Assembly (NCBI GenBank): GCA_964575605.1
Contig: CAZNRN010000006.1
Location: 6,849 to 70,848, forward strand
DNA: 64,000 bases
Reading direction: 5' to 3'
Source of the DNA: an uncultured Micavibrio sp.
Lineage (GTDB): Bacteria > Pseudomonadota > Alphaproteobacteria > Micavibrionales > UBA2020
Below the pieces are notes generated by a model. It saw only the letters and a program-made list of their open reading frames with translations. It did not search any database and had not been told where the DNA came from. Position 1 is the first letter of the stretch. Every line of letters starts with the position of its first letter. This document shows positions 39,872-48,759 of this stretch, piece by piece. The position numbers and the translations under genes were made by a program.

Positions 39872-40825
39872 TCACTTCACCACCTCCACATCCACCGGCA
39901 AGCCCAGTTTTAACCGGCTGTCAAAAGCATCCGGTTTCGCCTCCACCATAAACACCAGTTTCTGGCGGCTCTCGACGCTGTAGATCACCGGCGGGGTGAA
40001 TTCGGCTTCGGCGGCGATGAAGGTTATCTTCGCGGCAATCGGCGCGCCGCAGCCGTCGCAGGACAGCGACACGGCTTGCCCTTCCTTCAGCTGCGCGATG
40101 CCCGATTGCGGCACGAAGAACCGCGCCTTGACGTGTTCGGGCTGCAATAAACTGACAACGGGCTTGCCCGCCGCCACAAATTCGCCGGGGCGGTAGAAAG
40201 TATCCTCGACCTTCGCCGCGGCCGTCGCCACGGGTGCGGCCTCGGCCAGCCAGCGTTCCTGCTCGGCCAGTTTCTGCTTCGCCATCTCGACGGTCGCCGC
40301 GGCCGCGTCGATGCGGTCGATGCGCGCGCCCAGCTCGCTGGTTTTCAGCTGCGCGTCCAGTTCCTGTATGCGCGCGGTCGCGGTATCCTGCGCCATTTTC
40401 AATTTGTCGATTTCCGTCTTGCTGACCGCGCCGGTTTTCACCAGCGGGATGGAACGCGTATATTCCGCCGCCGCCTGCTCCAGCGTCGCCACGGCCTGTT
40501 CACGCTGCTTGACGACAATCTCGATCTCTTCCGCGCGTTCGCCTTTTTTAAGGTCCGCCAGTTCGGCCTCGGCCTTGGCGATTTCGGCCTTCGCCGCGTC
40601 GCGCTGCGCCGTCAGCATCGTCAGGTCGATCGAAAACAGCTTCGCACCCGCGGCCACCTGCTGCCCGCGCTCGACATCAAGCGTCTTCAGCACGCCGTCC
40701 GACGAGGGCGCGACCATCACGAACTCGCCCTCGATATATCCCTGCAGCTTTTCCTCGTCCTGCTGGCAGGCGACGAGCCAGAGCAGGGGGATAATGAACA
40801 GCAGGCGTTTGATGCCGGGTTTCAT
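39872..40825 (-). CDS. HlyD-family periplasmic adaptor (YbhG-like), lipoprotein
   Basis: Lipobox LVAC, LQGYIEGE, lipoyl-like halves around a coiled coil, FIAAEAEFTPPVIYS. Confidence 0.92.
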   Translation of the reverse strand: MKPGIKRLLFIIPLLWLVACQQDEEKLQGYIEGEFVMVAPSSDGVLKTLDVERGQQVAAGAKLFSIDLTMLTAQRDAAKAEIAKAEAELADLKKGERAEEIEIVVKQREQAVATLEQAAAEYTRSIPLVKTGAVSKTEIDKLKMAQDTATARIQELDAQLKTSELGARIDRIDAAAATVEMAKQKLAEQERWLAEAAPVATAAAKVEDTFYRPGEFVAAGKPVVSLLQPEHVKARFFVPQSGIAQLKEGQAVSLSCDGCGAPIAAKITFIAAEAEFTPPVIYSVESRQKLVFMVEAKPDAFDSRLKLGLPVDVEVVK

Positions 40826-41523
40826 GACGGTTTCCTTTTGGCAACATACATATCGAGGATGGCGTCGGTGTGCCGCTTCACCAGCTGCACGATGGCCTCC
40901 GTCTCGCCCTCGCCGTAACCCGTCCAGCCGGTGCGGCGCAGCGCAACCTCGCGGTGGGTCTTGAAAATAATCGCCTGGCCGATCAGCGCCTGCGCGGCCA
41001 GCACGGCCTGTTCGCCCTGCAGCCCCGTCACTGTCGTCACCAGCGTCGTCACCATCTCATGCATAGGCCGGATGGTGCTGTCGTAGAGCGGGTCAAAGGC
41101 CGGTGTCGGGTCCATCTGCTCGCGGATGAAAATGCGCCCCATGTGCGGCGAGGCTTTTTCGCTGAGCAAGAAACGCGTCAGCCCTTCGATAAATCCGTGC
41201 AGGTGGCGCCGGCATTCTTCCTCGCTCAGCGAGCGCGGGCCGCCCGAGCGTATCGCGCCCTCCGCCATCGCCAGCTTGATGCGCGCGATGCGCTCGCCCA
41301 TCGCGCCCTGCGCCGTGCCCGCGATATGCGCCAGCACCGCCGCGTACAGGCCTTCCTTGCCGCCGAAATAATAGGGGATCTGCGAGATGTTAATGCCCGC
41401 CTCGCGCGCCAGCTCGCGCGTCGACGCGCCCTCGTAACCGTAAGTGCCAAAAACCTTGATGCCCGCCTGAATCAGTTTCTCGCGGCCGGAGAGGGGAGGG
41501 GCCTTTTTCTTGCGGCTGGTCAT
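40822..41523 (-). CDS. TetR-family regulator, CecR/YbiH-like (DUF1956-type C-terminus)
   Basis: REKLIQAGIKVFGTYGYEGASTRELAREAG.NISQIPYYFGGKEGLY; REQMDPT; GQAIIF; heads a ybhG/F/S-like operon. Confidence 0.88.
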   Translation of the reverse strand: MTSRKKKAPPLSGREKLIQAGIKVFGTYGYEGASTRELAREAGINISQIPYYFGGKEGLYAAVLAHIAGTAQGAMGERIARIKLAMAEGAIRSGGPRSLSEEECRRHLHGFIEGLTRFLLSEKASPHMGRIFIREQMDPTPAFDPLYDSTIRPMHEMVTTLVTTVTGLQGEQAVLAAQALIGQAIIFKTHREVALRRTGWTGYGEGETEAIVQLVKRHTDAILDMYVAKRKPS

Positions 41524-42728
41524 GGGATAGCCTCCGGAACAAATAAGCCGTCGCGTGAAACAGTGGCGCAGACACCGTCGGGATGGTTTTTAGCAAAAGC
41601 GGTTTCCCATTCAGTCACGCGCCTGTCCAGCTTTTCCCGCTCAATGGTCGAAAGTTGGTTTGTTGCTTCCCTCAACCTGTTTTGCGGCGCAGCGTGAAAG
41701 GCATAAAGGGGGTGATGCGAGGCCAGCGTAAGCCAGAAATAGCCCTCCGCATAATCGGGGACTGACCGGTCGATAAAGCCAACCCCGAATTCACCCTGCG
41801 CTTTCGGATTCCCTTCCTGCGCGGTTTTCTCAAGGGCGGCATGATCTCCGCCGGCGTAATCCCAGTTCAGCCTTGTAAAAGATGTATCCAGAATTTTACC
41901 CTGCCCGTCATGAGTTGCGATGGCCAGATAGGGCACGTTGATACTGCCTCCCATGCCAAACTCAAACATCACGGGCAGGCCGAACGCACTGATATTTTGG
42001 AGGCTCGTGGCGGTTGACGCGTCGCAAAGCCGCGGCATTTTTTTCAGGCCTGCCCTTGCAAGCGCATCTTCAAAATTTTTCACGTCCGAACCGGCAGGAA
42101 ACAGCTGCTTGACCAGATATCTTTTGCCGATTGTGCTGACTTCGTCGGAGGCGATGAGAGCGGGCTGCAACGGCGGCCGCACGGCTATTGAATCCTCGCA
42201 CAATTTGCAGCTTGGTGCATCCTCAATAGCGGAGCCAATGCCATCATAATAGCTGGCGGGACAACAGGAAGGGTGTGAAATTTTGTAGTCTGAAAAAACA
42301 AGCGGCCACGCTATAAAAAGTGCAGAACAGAGCGTAAAAAAATATGCGAAGGGTTTGGGGGTCACTCCGCCTAGAAACTTGTAAACCAGCCAGCCGCCCG
42401 TTAAAGACAAAATAATTCCCGTCATCCAATAAAGCGAACGGTCAAGTGCGGCGTTGAGCCAAGGCAGTACGGCAAGTGCTGCTGCCGTAAAGAAATGGCT
42501 TGCGGGGATTTTTGCGCTTATTTTTTTTCGCCTGAACTCTTTCAAGGACATTAAGCTCACTGCAAAAAAACCGGAAGCTAAGAACCAGCAGAGGGCGTTG
42601 CGCAGGTTATTGATGCCGCTGTTATTATAGGGCGTCTGGCTTGCCAACACTTCCACCGGCAGCAAGACACAAAGGCAGGTCAGGCAGAGAAGGGCGGGGA
42701 TGCCGATGCAGTGAAACTTCTTTGCCAT
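41520..42728 (-). CDS. Hypothetical membrane protein with a C-terminal Sel1-like repeat; AT-richer than its flanks
   Basis: About six N-terminal TM segments; AQEGNPKAQGEFG...DYAEGYFWLTLAS; stop overlaps the TetR start (ATGA); RBS aaaggaa. Confidence 0.72.
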   Translation of the reverse strand: MAKKFHCIGIPALLCLTCLCVLLPVEVLASQTPYNNSGINNLRNALCWFLASGFFAVSLMSLKEFRRKKISAKIPASHFFTAAALAVLPWLNAALDRSLYWMTGIILSLTGGWLVYKFLGGVTPKPFAYFFTLCSALFIAWPLVFSDYKISHPSCCPASYYDGIGSAIEDAPSCKLCEDSIAVRPPLQPALIASDEVSTIGKRYLVKQLFPAGSDVKNFEDALARAGLKKMPRLCDASTATSLQNISAFGLPVMFEFGMGGSINVPYLAIATHDGQGKILDTSFTRLNWDYAGGDHAALEKTAQEGNPKAQGEFGVGFIDRSVPDYAEGYFWLTLASHHPLYAFHAAPQNRLREATNQLSTIEREKLDRRVTEWETAFAKNHPDGVCATVSRDGLFVPEAIP

Positions 42729-42741
42729 GCGCTTGTTTCCT

Positions 42742-43077
42742 TTACCCGCGGCTCAGCAGCGGCCTTGCGCCCGCCGTGTCGCGGCGGCGCAGGACGTAGC
42801 CATGGACGGGGGCGGGGACGGGCGCGCCTTGCAGCTGAAGTGTTTCTGTTTCGGGCAGGAGCATTTCTGTGACGCGTTGCGGCAGCCGGGGCAGCTCTGG
42901 CAGCGACATGCTGCGAAAGCGCATGCCGATGAATCGCGCCTCGAGCGCGCGGGCGCGGGCGGGGCCGATTTTCCGGCTTTGCGCCGCCATCCTGATAAAA
43001 TCACCCAGATTGTTAATTATGGAAAATAAGATCATGACTGTCCCAAGGCCTTTCTCTGTCCCCAACGCAGGGCCCAT
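42742..43077 (-). CDS. Hypothetical protein (111 aa; alternative start 43035)
   Basis: ATG lies 6 nt after a -10 hexamer; stop 13 nt before the next start; no recognised family. Confidence 0.4.
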   Translation of the reverse strand: MGPALGTEKGLGTVMILFSIINNLGDFIRMAAQSRKIGPARARALEARFIGMRFRSMSLPELPRLPQRVTEMLLPETETLQLQGAPVPAPVHGYVLRRRDTAGARPLLSRG

Positions 43078-43083
43078 GATTCC

Positions 43084-43122
43084 ATATTAATCAATCGATT
43101 GATTTAAGTCAATCGATTGATT
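43084..43122 (-). promoter_or_regulatory. sigma70 promoter overlapped by tandem palindromic (TetR-type) operator sites
   Basis: Minus strand TTGACT(43112-43107)-N17-TAATAT(43089-43084); palindromes AATCAATCGATTGATT (43089-43104) and TCAATCGATTGA (43109-43120). Confidence 0.75.
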
Positions 43123-43283
43123 GAATATCGGGAAATAGCGGCATTCATGCGGCGCAGACGCGGCGGAGAAGGCCTTCTGCTGCGGCGCTGGAGGCGCGGA
43201 ATCAAGGGGTTAGGGCGGCGCGGGTGCGCAAAACCGCGATTATCCCTTATTGGCCTAAGTGAGGGTAATTTTGAGGGGGAAAG

Positions 43284-43360
43284 TGGCGCGCCCGGTGAGA
43301 TTCGAACTCGCAACCTTTGCCTTCGGAGGGCAACGCTCTATCCAGTTGAGCTACGGGCGC
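43284..43360 (-). tRNA. tRNA-Arg(CCG)
   Basis: GCGCCCGTAGCTCAACTGGATAGAGCGTTGCCCTCCGAAGGCAAAGGTTGCGAGTTCGAATCTCACCGGGCGCGCCA: 77 nt, anticodon CCG, T-loop TTCGAAT, encoded CCA. Confidence 0.97.
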
Positions 43361-43472
43361 ACGCATAACTCAAGTATATCAGGCTTTTTTGATGTTGTGT
43401 CAATCTTGCTGCTGGCCGCGGCCCGCTCCCGCTGGGGGCGGGAGACGGGGATTTACCTGGGAAACCAGAAGC

Positions 43473-43997
43473 TTAAGCGTCGTTGTACTTCTGGAGCGTG
43501 GTTTTGAGCCGGTCGAGCAGCGGAACCATCTCTCGGCGAAACGCTTCCTGTTTGTCGTCCGGCACGTGGTAAGCGACGTTTTTCATGGACAGCTGGGCGG
43601 CTTCCTCGATCTCCTGCAGCTCCATGTTTTGTCTCATCAATTTCGCGTTCGTGTCGCGCAGGCGCTCGGCCATGGCTTTCATGACGTGCTGGAAAAGCCC
43701 GTTCGGCTGGCCGATGCTCTCCTCGATGTCGCGCTGCGAGATCACGATAAGTATCGAATTTTCAAGGGTTTTTATGCTGGCGGAGCGGCGGGCGCCCGTG
43801 AGCATCGCCATTTCGCCGATAATCGCGCCGGGCCCGGCCTCCGCAATTTTTACGGTATGGCCTTTTTCGTCCTGCATGAAAATTTCAACGCGGCCGCTTT
43901 CGATCAGAAAGGCGCGGTTTCCGATATTGCCCTGCTCGATGACCACTTCCCCGGCGGGGAAAAAGCGGCGGTCGAGAATCTTGACTTTCTTCACCAT
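43473..43997 (-). CDS. Stand-alone cyclic-nucleotide-binding domain protein with C-terminal coiled coil
   Basis: FPAGEVVIEQG, AFLIESGRVEI, GAIIGEMAML.GARRSAS; no HTH seen. Confidence 0.85.
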   Translation of the reverse strand: MVKKVKILDRRFFPAGEVVIEQGNIGNRAFLIESGRVEIFMQDEKGHTVKIAEAGPGAIIGEMAMLTGARRSASIKTLENSILIVISQRDIEESIGQPNGLFQHVMKAMAERLRDTNAKLMRQNMELQEIEEAAQLSMKNVAYHVPDDKQEAFRREMVPLLDRLKTTLQKYNDA

Positions 43998-44179
43998 AGA
44001 AAGTCCCCCCTGCTATCATTATACGCCCTGATAATTTGCTTTTTCGTTGATATTTAATGCAATTTTAGACAAATTCCCCGCATTCAGGCTGTCTATTAAC
44101 AGTTTGAATACATTTATGTATTGACTCTGGCGGGAGCTGCGGCATATACATCTGGACTTGGATTTTATGGAGAAATACT

Positions 44180-44314
44180 GTGAAACGCACTTATCAACCG
44201 AGCAAACTGGTCCGCAAGCGCCGCCACGGCTTCCGCGCGCGCCTCGCCACCAAGAACGGCCGCAAGGTTCTTGCCGCCCGCCGCTCGAAGGGCCGCAAGC
44301 GCCTGTCGGCGTAA
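44180..44314 (+). CDS. rpmH: 50S ribosomal protein L34 (absent from the ORF track)
   Basis: GTG start; [44 protein letters not shown]. Confidence 0.98.
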   Translation: MKRTYQPSKLVRKRRHGFRARLATKNGRKVLAARRSKGRKRLSA

Positions 44315-44323
44315 GCCTTTTTA

Positions 44324-44662
44324 TTGCAGCAGACCGTGATGACCCTGAAATCTTCCGCAGAATTCAGGCGCGTGTCGCGCGAGGGCAGAAGGTGGGCCGG
44401 TCCCGCTTTCGTGATGCAGCTTCTTAAAAAGAACGATGACGAGAATTTCCGCCTCGGACTCACGGTGAGCCGCAAGGTCGGCAATGCCGTCACGCGCAAC
44501 CGCGCGAAAAGACGTTTGAGGGAAATGGTCCGCCACACGCTGAAAACCCGTGCACTGAAATCGATCGATATCGTGCTGATCGCGAATACAAGCGCAACGA
44601 CGCGCGATTTCAAGGAAATGACGGATGATTTCGCCCGCGGCCTGGACGCGCTCAAAGCATGA
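44324..44662 (+). CDS. rnpA: Ribonuclease P protein component (start may be 44336 or 44339)
   Basis: RLGLTVSRKVGNAVTRNRAKRRLRE; synteny. Confidence 0.95.
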   Translation: MQQTVMTLKSSAEFRRVSREGRRWAGPAFVMQLLKKNDDENFRLGLTVSRKVGNAVTRNRAKRRLREMVRHTLKTRALKSIDIVLIANTSATTRDFKEMTDDFARGLDALKA

Positions 44663-44943
44663 AAAAACTTTTCCTCGCTCTTATAAGGCTCTACCAGCTC
44701 ACGCTCTCGCCGTTTATGGGAAGAAGCTGCCGCTATTACCCCAGCTGCTCGGCCTATATGAAGACATCAATCGAGCGCTTCGGCGCCGCCCGCGGCGTTA
44801 CGCTGGGCGCAAAACGCCTGTGCCGCTGCCATCCTTTCACAAAGGGCGGCTACGACCCCGTCCCTGAAGAATACCCCTCAAAATTATCGCAAGGCTGTGG
44901 TAGAACCGCGCCAAGCAAACAAATGGAAGAACCCACGGCATGA
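44659..44943 (+). CDS. yidD: Membrane protein insertion efficiency factor
   Basis: CRYYPSCSAY, RLCRCHPF..GGYDPVP. Confidence 0.95.
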   Translation: MKKLFLALIRLYQLTLSPFMGRSCRYYPSCSAYMKTSIERFGAARGVTLGAKRLCRCHPFTKGGYDPVPEEYPSKLSQGCGRTAPSKQMEEPTA

Positions 44944-46868
44944 AATCCAACAGCCCGATGACCCCGGAAGACCGCGCGCGCATCATGGTCGCGATCGCGC
45001 TCTCGCTGCTCGTGCTGCTGGGCTATAACTGGTACGCCAAGGGCTTCCCGCATGAAAAAGTGACGGGCGATATCAAGAAGGCCGAAGCCCCGGTGCTGGG
45101 CGGGGACGGCAAGCCCGCCATTCCCGCGAACGACACGACGCCCGCCACCTCGCAGGCAATGCCGCCGCGCGGCGACGCTGTCGCATCCTCGGGCGGCAAG
45201 CGCATCGAATTTTCCAACGGCCGCATGCACGGCACGATCCCCACGGTCGGCAACCGCCTCGACGACCTGCTGCTCGACGAACATTTCGACGACCTGAAGC
45301 GCGAGAACAAGGTGCCGCTGCTGTCCCCCGCCGGCACGAAACACGCCTACTATGTCGAGAACGGCTGGGTCGCCGGCGCCGGCACCGACGCGGCATCGAA
45401 CCCGCTGCCCGGCGCGGATGCCGTCTGGTCGCGCGTTTCCGACAGCGCCTCTCAACTGGAAGGCGGCGGCAAGCCCGTCGTCTTGCGCTGGGATAACGGC
45501 AAGGGCCTTGTCTTCGAGCGCTCGTACGAAATCGACCGCAATTTCCTGTTCACCATCAAGCAGCGCGTGACCAACAACACGGGCAAGGCGGTAAACCTCA
45601 ACAGCTACCACGCGATGTCGCGCAACAGCCTGCCGCCCGACTTCGCCGGCATCTTCACGCACCACGAAGGCTTCGTCGGCTTCATCAACGGCAAAAGCTA
45701 TGACCCCGAGTACAAGGACATCGCCAAGGGCGAGAAACTGAACCTCGAGGGCGCGAAGGGCTGGCTCGGCATCTCCGACAAATACTGGCTGGTGGCCATG
45801 CTGCCGAAGCCGGACGAGGAATTCAACGTGCGCGTCATCGGCAGCCGCGAGCTGGGCAGCGACAAGCAGCACTACCAGGGCGACATCGTCCAGAAAACGC
45901 AAACGGTGCAGCCCGGCGCTTCGGCCGAGGACACGATTTTCCTGTTCACCGGCGTAAAAGACCTGAAATCCATCCAGCGCTACGAGCGCGACCGCGGGTT
46001 TGACCATCTCGAGCTCAGCATCGATTTCGGCATGTGGTATTTCATCACCAAGCCGTTTTACCACCTGCTGCAGTTCCTGTTCTACCTGACGACGAAAATC
46101 GGCCTCGGCACGTATAACGTCGCGGCCTCCATCCTGTTGATGACCCTTGTCATCAGGGGGTTGATGTTCCCCATCGTCAGCCGCCAGTTCAAGTCGATGG
46201 CGAAGATGAAAATCGTCACGCCGATGATGAAGGAACTGCAGACGAAATATAAAGACGACAAACACAAGCTGCAGGCCGAGATGTTCGAGTTGTACAAGAA
46301 GTACGACGTGAACCCGTTCTCCTCCTGCTTCCCCATCTTCATCCAGATCCCCGTGTTCTTCGCGCTGTACAAGGTGCTGATGCTCTCGGTCGAGCTGCGC
46401 CACGCGCCGTTCTGGGGCTGGATCCCCGACTTGTCGGTCGGCGACCCCACAACTATTTTCAACCTCTTCGGCCTGCTGCCTATCAACTCGCCGATTCCGT
46501 ATACGCTGGGCCTCTGGCCGGTGCTGTTCGGCGTCACGATGCTGATGCAAAAACATATCAGCCCGCCGATGCCCGACCCCGCGCAGGAAAAATTGCAGAC
46601 CTTCCTGCCGCTCCTGTTCACGGTGATGTTCGCGCAGTTCCCCTCCGGCCTTGTCATTTACTACACATGGTCGGGCCTGCTGGGCGTGCTGCAGCAATAC
46701 TACATCCTGCGCACGGTAAGCGGCGAGGACACCTCGCTGCTGCGCGGCCACGCCGGCCGCCGCAAGGGCCCCAAGGTGAAGCATAAGGCGGGCGAGGTGA
46801 TTGACGCCGAAGCCGTTGAGGTCACCGACGATAAACATGGTGGCGGCGGCAAGAAGCACAAGAAATGA
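44940..46868 (+). CDS. yidC: Membrane protein insertase
   Basis: GWLGISDKYW, IDFGMWYFITKP, SMAKMK..P, PIFIQIPVFFALYK, ELRHAPF.GWIPDLS, GLVIYY. Confidence 0.97.
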   Translation: MKSNSPMTPEDRARIMVAIALSLLVLLGYNWYAKGFPHEKVTGDIKKAEAPVLGGDGKPAIPANDTTPATSQAMPPRGDAVASSGGKRIEFSNGRMHGTIPTVGNRLDDLLLDEHFDDLKRENKVPLLSPAGTKHAYYVENGWVAGAGTDAASNPLPGADAVWSRVSDSASQLEGGGKPVVLRWDNGKGLVFERSYEIDRNFLFTIKQRVTNNTGKAVNLNSYHAMSRNSLPPDFAGIFTHHEGFVGFINGKSYDPEYKDIAKGEKLNLEGAKGWLGISDKYWLVAMLPKPDEEFNVRVIGSRELGSDKQHYQGDIVQKTQTVQPGASAEDTIFLFTGVKDLKSIQRYERDRGFDHLELSIDFGMWYFITKPFYHLLQFLFYLTTKIGLGTYNVAASILLMTLVIRGLMFPIVSRQFKSMAKMKIVTPMMKELQTKYKDDKHKLQAEMFELYKKYDVNPFSSCFPIFIQIPVFFALYKVLMLSVELRHAPFWGWIPDLSVGDPTTIFNLFGLLPINSPIPYTLGLWPVLFGVTMLMQKHISPPMPDPAQEKLQTFLPLLFTVMFAQFPSGLVIYYTWSGLLGVLQQYYILRTVSGEDTSLLRGHAGRRKGPKVKHKAGEVIDAEAVEVTDDKHGGGGKKHKK

Positions 46869-47500
46869 ATATTTTCGAAATCGACGCCGCCGCGCTGAAA
46901 AAGGGGGAGAAACTTTTCCAGCGTGAAATCGATTTCGTCGCGGGCGCGATCGGCCCCGACAACATGCCCGAAGACGACGGCATGCCCGAAATCGCCTTCG
47001 CCGGCCGATCGAACGTCGGCAAATCCTCGCTCATCAACGCCGTCACCAACCGCCGCGCGCTGGCAAGGTCATCGAAAACCCCCGGCCGCACGCAGCAGAT
47101 CAATTTCTTCGAAGTGGCGGGCACGCTACGCCTTGTCGACCTGCCGGGCTATGGCTATGCCAAGGCCTCGAAGGAAAAGGTGGAGAAGTGGAACGACTTC
47201 ATCCGCGGTTACCTGCGCAACCGCCGCAGCCTGAAACTGGTTTGTTTATTGATTGACGCCCGCCACGGCATCATGGTCGCCGACCAGCTGACCATGGAGG
47301 CGCTGGTCTATGCCGGCGTGCCCTTCATGGCCGTGCTGACCAAGGCGGATAAAACCCGCGAAGATGACCTCGCCGCGCTGGTGGCGCGGATTGATGCGGA
47401 ACTGCGCGGGACACCCGGCGCGGTGCCGAAGATTTGCGTGACCAGTTCGAACGACAAGACGGGACTGTCCGAGCTGAGGGCGATTTTGGCGGGGGTTTGA
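46865..47500 (+). CDS. engB: Ribosome biogenesis GTP-binding protein YihA/YsxC
   Basis: AFAGRSNVGKSSLIN, SKTPGRTQQINFF, DLPGYG, TKADK. Confidence 0.96.
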   Translation: MNIFEIDAAALKKGEKLFQREIDFVAGAIGPDNMPEDDGMPEIAFAGRSNVGKSSLINAVTNRRALARSSKTPGRTQQINFFEVAGTLRLVDLPGYGYAKASKEKVEKWNDFIRGYLRNRRSLKLVCLLIDARHGIMVADQLTMEALVYAGVPFMAVLTKADKTREDDLAALVARIDAELRGTPGAVPKICVTSSNDKTGLSELRAILAGV

Positions 47501-47530
47501 GCCGCCGCTAAATCGTTCCCGTTGCCTGAG

Positions 47531-47550
47531 ACGCCGGCCTTCGCCGGGGT
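47531..47550. repeat. Solitary REP-like hairpin
   Basis: acgccggc-cttc-gccggggt (one mismatch), same 8-bp stem/short loop design as the other REP arms. Confidence 0.45.
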
Positions 47551-47706
47551 TACGTCACATCTCAAAAAAAGTTCCCCCGTTATTTTCTGCTGTGGCGAAA
47601 GGGCAACGGTGATGTCTTTGGGGCATCACGGGACAGGAACTACATATAATCGGCATGCATTGACTTGGCGGTTGAACACGGAAAAAACCGCGAAGGAAAT
47701 GCACAC

Positions 47707-48324
47707 ATGAAAAACAATATGAAACTGCTGGCCACGGCGGCCGTGATTGCGACGATGGCGCTGGCTGCACCGGCTTCGGCGCAGGAATATGGCCACAATA
47801 CGCGCGCGATGGGTTCGATGAGCGGGCCTTATATCGGCGCCTACGGCGGCTATGGCTGGACCGACGCGGATGTGGCGGGCGGCGACGATATCAACGGCGG
47901 CGATTACGGCCTGTTTGCCGGTTACGAGATGACCGGCCTGTTCGAGAGCTGGATGCACGGCCTGTCGGCTGCGGTCGAACTGCACTATGGCTGGTCGGGC
48001 GCGGATGACGCGGGCGCGGGCAATACCTTCGACAAGGAACACGAACTGGGTGTCAGCTTCAAGCCCGGCCTTGCTTTCCTTGCGACCGAAGATTCAGTCG
48101 TGAAGCCTTACGGCATCGTCGGCTGGCGCCGCACACAGTTCGAGAACAACATCGCCGGCACGGATGACGATTTCGACGGCCTCGAGGTCGGTATCGGCAC
48201 GGAAGTTGTCGCGATGGGCAACTTCGGCGTGCGCCTTGATTACACCCACGTGTTCTATGGCGACGACGGCGCGGTGGATCCGGATGAAGACAATATCCGC
48301 GCGGGCCTTGCTTATCACTTCTAA
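47707..48324 (+). CDS. Small outer-membrane beta-barrel (Omp25/OmpA-TM-like)
   Basis: Signal peptide ASA, GPYIGAYGGYGW, GLEVGIG.E...NFGVRLDY, C-terminal RAGLAYHF. Confidence 0.9.
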   Translation: MKNNMKLLATAAVIATMALAAPASAQEYGHNTRAMGSMSGPYIGAYGGYGWTDADVAGGDDINGGDYGLFAGYEMTGLFESWMHGLSAAVELHYGWSGADDAGAGNTFDKEHELGVSFKPGLAFLATEDSVVKPYGIVGWRRTQFENNIAGTDDDFDGLEVGIGTEVVAMGNFGVRLDYTHVFYGDDGAVDPDEDNIRAGLAYHF

Positions 48325-48386
48325 GGCCACTTCCAAGACATACGGATCGCCTTTGCGCCTTTAACGGCGCTTAAGGCCCCACAGCG

Positions 48387-48449
48387 GGGAAGGCGGGACT
48401 GCCAGTGACTGCGTTTCGCGGCACGGCGGGCCCGCCTTCCCGGTTTTTT
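48387..48449 (+). terminator. Long stem-loop plus T6 downstream of the porin
   Basis: gggaaggcggg (48387-48397) pairs with cccgccttccc (48431-48441), inner arms also pair, followed by tttttt. Confidence 0.65.
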
Positions 48450-48575
48450 ATCTGGCGCCCTGGTTTTTTGTGGCGCTACTTTCAAATAGTTCCATCAGAA
48501 CAATATTTTTTTCGCAGGCTATTGAACCGCATAGTTGGCAGTGATTGCAATGGTTTGACCTTGCGTTGCGATGGC

Positions 48576-48604
48576 TTGGGAATCACAACCTTGCGTGGTA
48601 TAAT
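48576..48604 (+). promoter_or_regulatory. sigma70-like promoter
   Basis: TTGGGA-N17-TATAAT with TG in the extended -10 position. Confidence 0.55.
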
Positions 48605-48649
48605 AAGTGTAACAGCGCAGGTCGACCCTTTTTCAGTTTAGGACCTTTC

Positions 48650-48742
48650 ATCGGATTGCTGCGCTGCCGAGCGTAGCCTCATACCCGTTCACGTGAACCA
48701 AGGTATAAAACATCGCACGTTGCGGTGGGTTGCCAATCCGAT
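48650..48742 (+). ncRNA. Candidate structured RNA/leader (four-way junction), family unknown
   Basis: 9-bp closing stem atcggattg/caatccgat enclosing three hairpins. Confidence 0.4.
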
Positions 48743-48759
48743 CGAAAGAAGCCAATACG

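Noticed and set aside
43123-43283. Prophage or integrative element at the tRNA-Arg 3' end
   Set aside because: No integrase, no duplicated tRNA 3' fragment seen, and no phage genes; only a small accessory patch is supported
48650-48742. tRNA-Sec, another tRNA or a hammerhead ribozyme
   Set aside because: No TTCGA T-loop, CCA end, UCA anticodon arm or CUGAnGA/GAAA core on either strand
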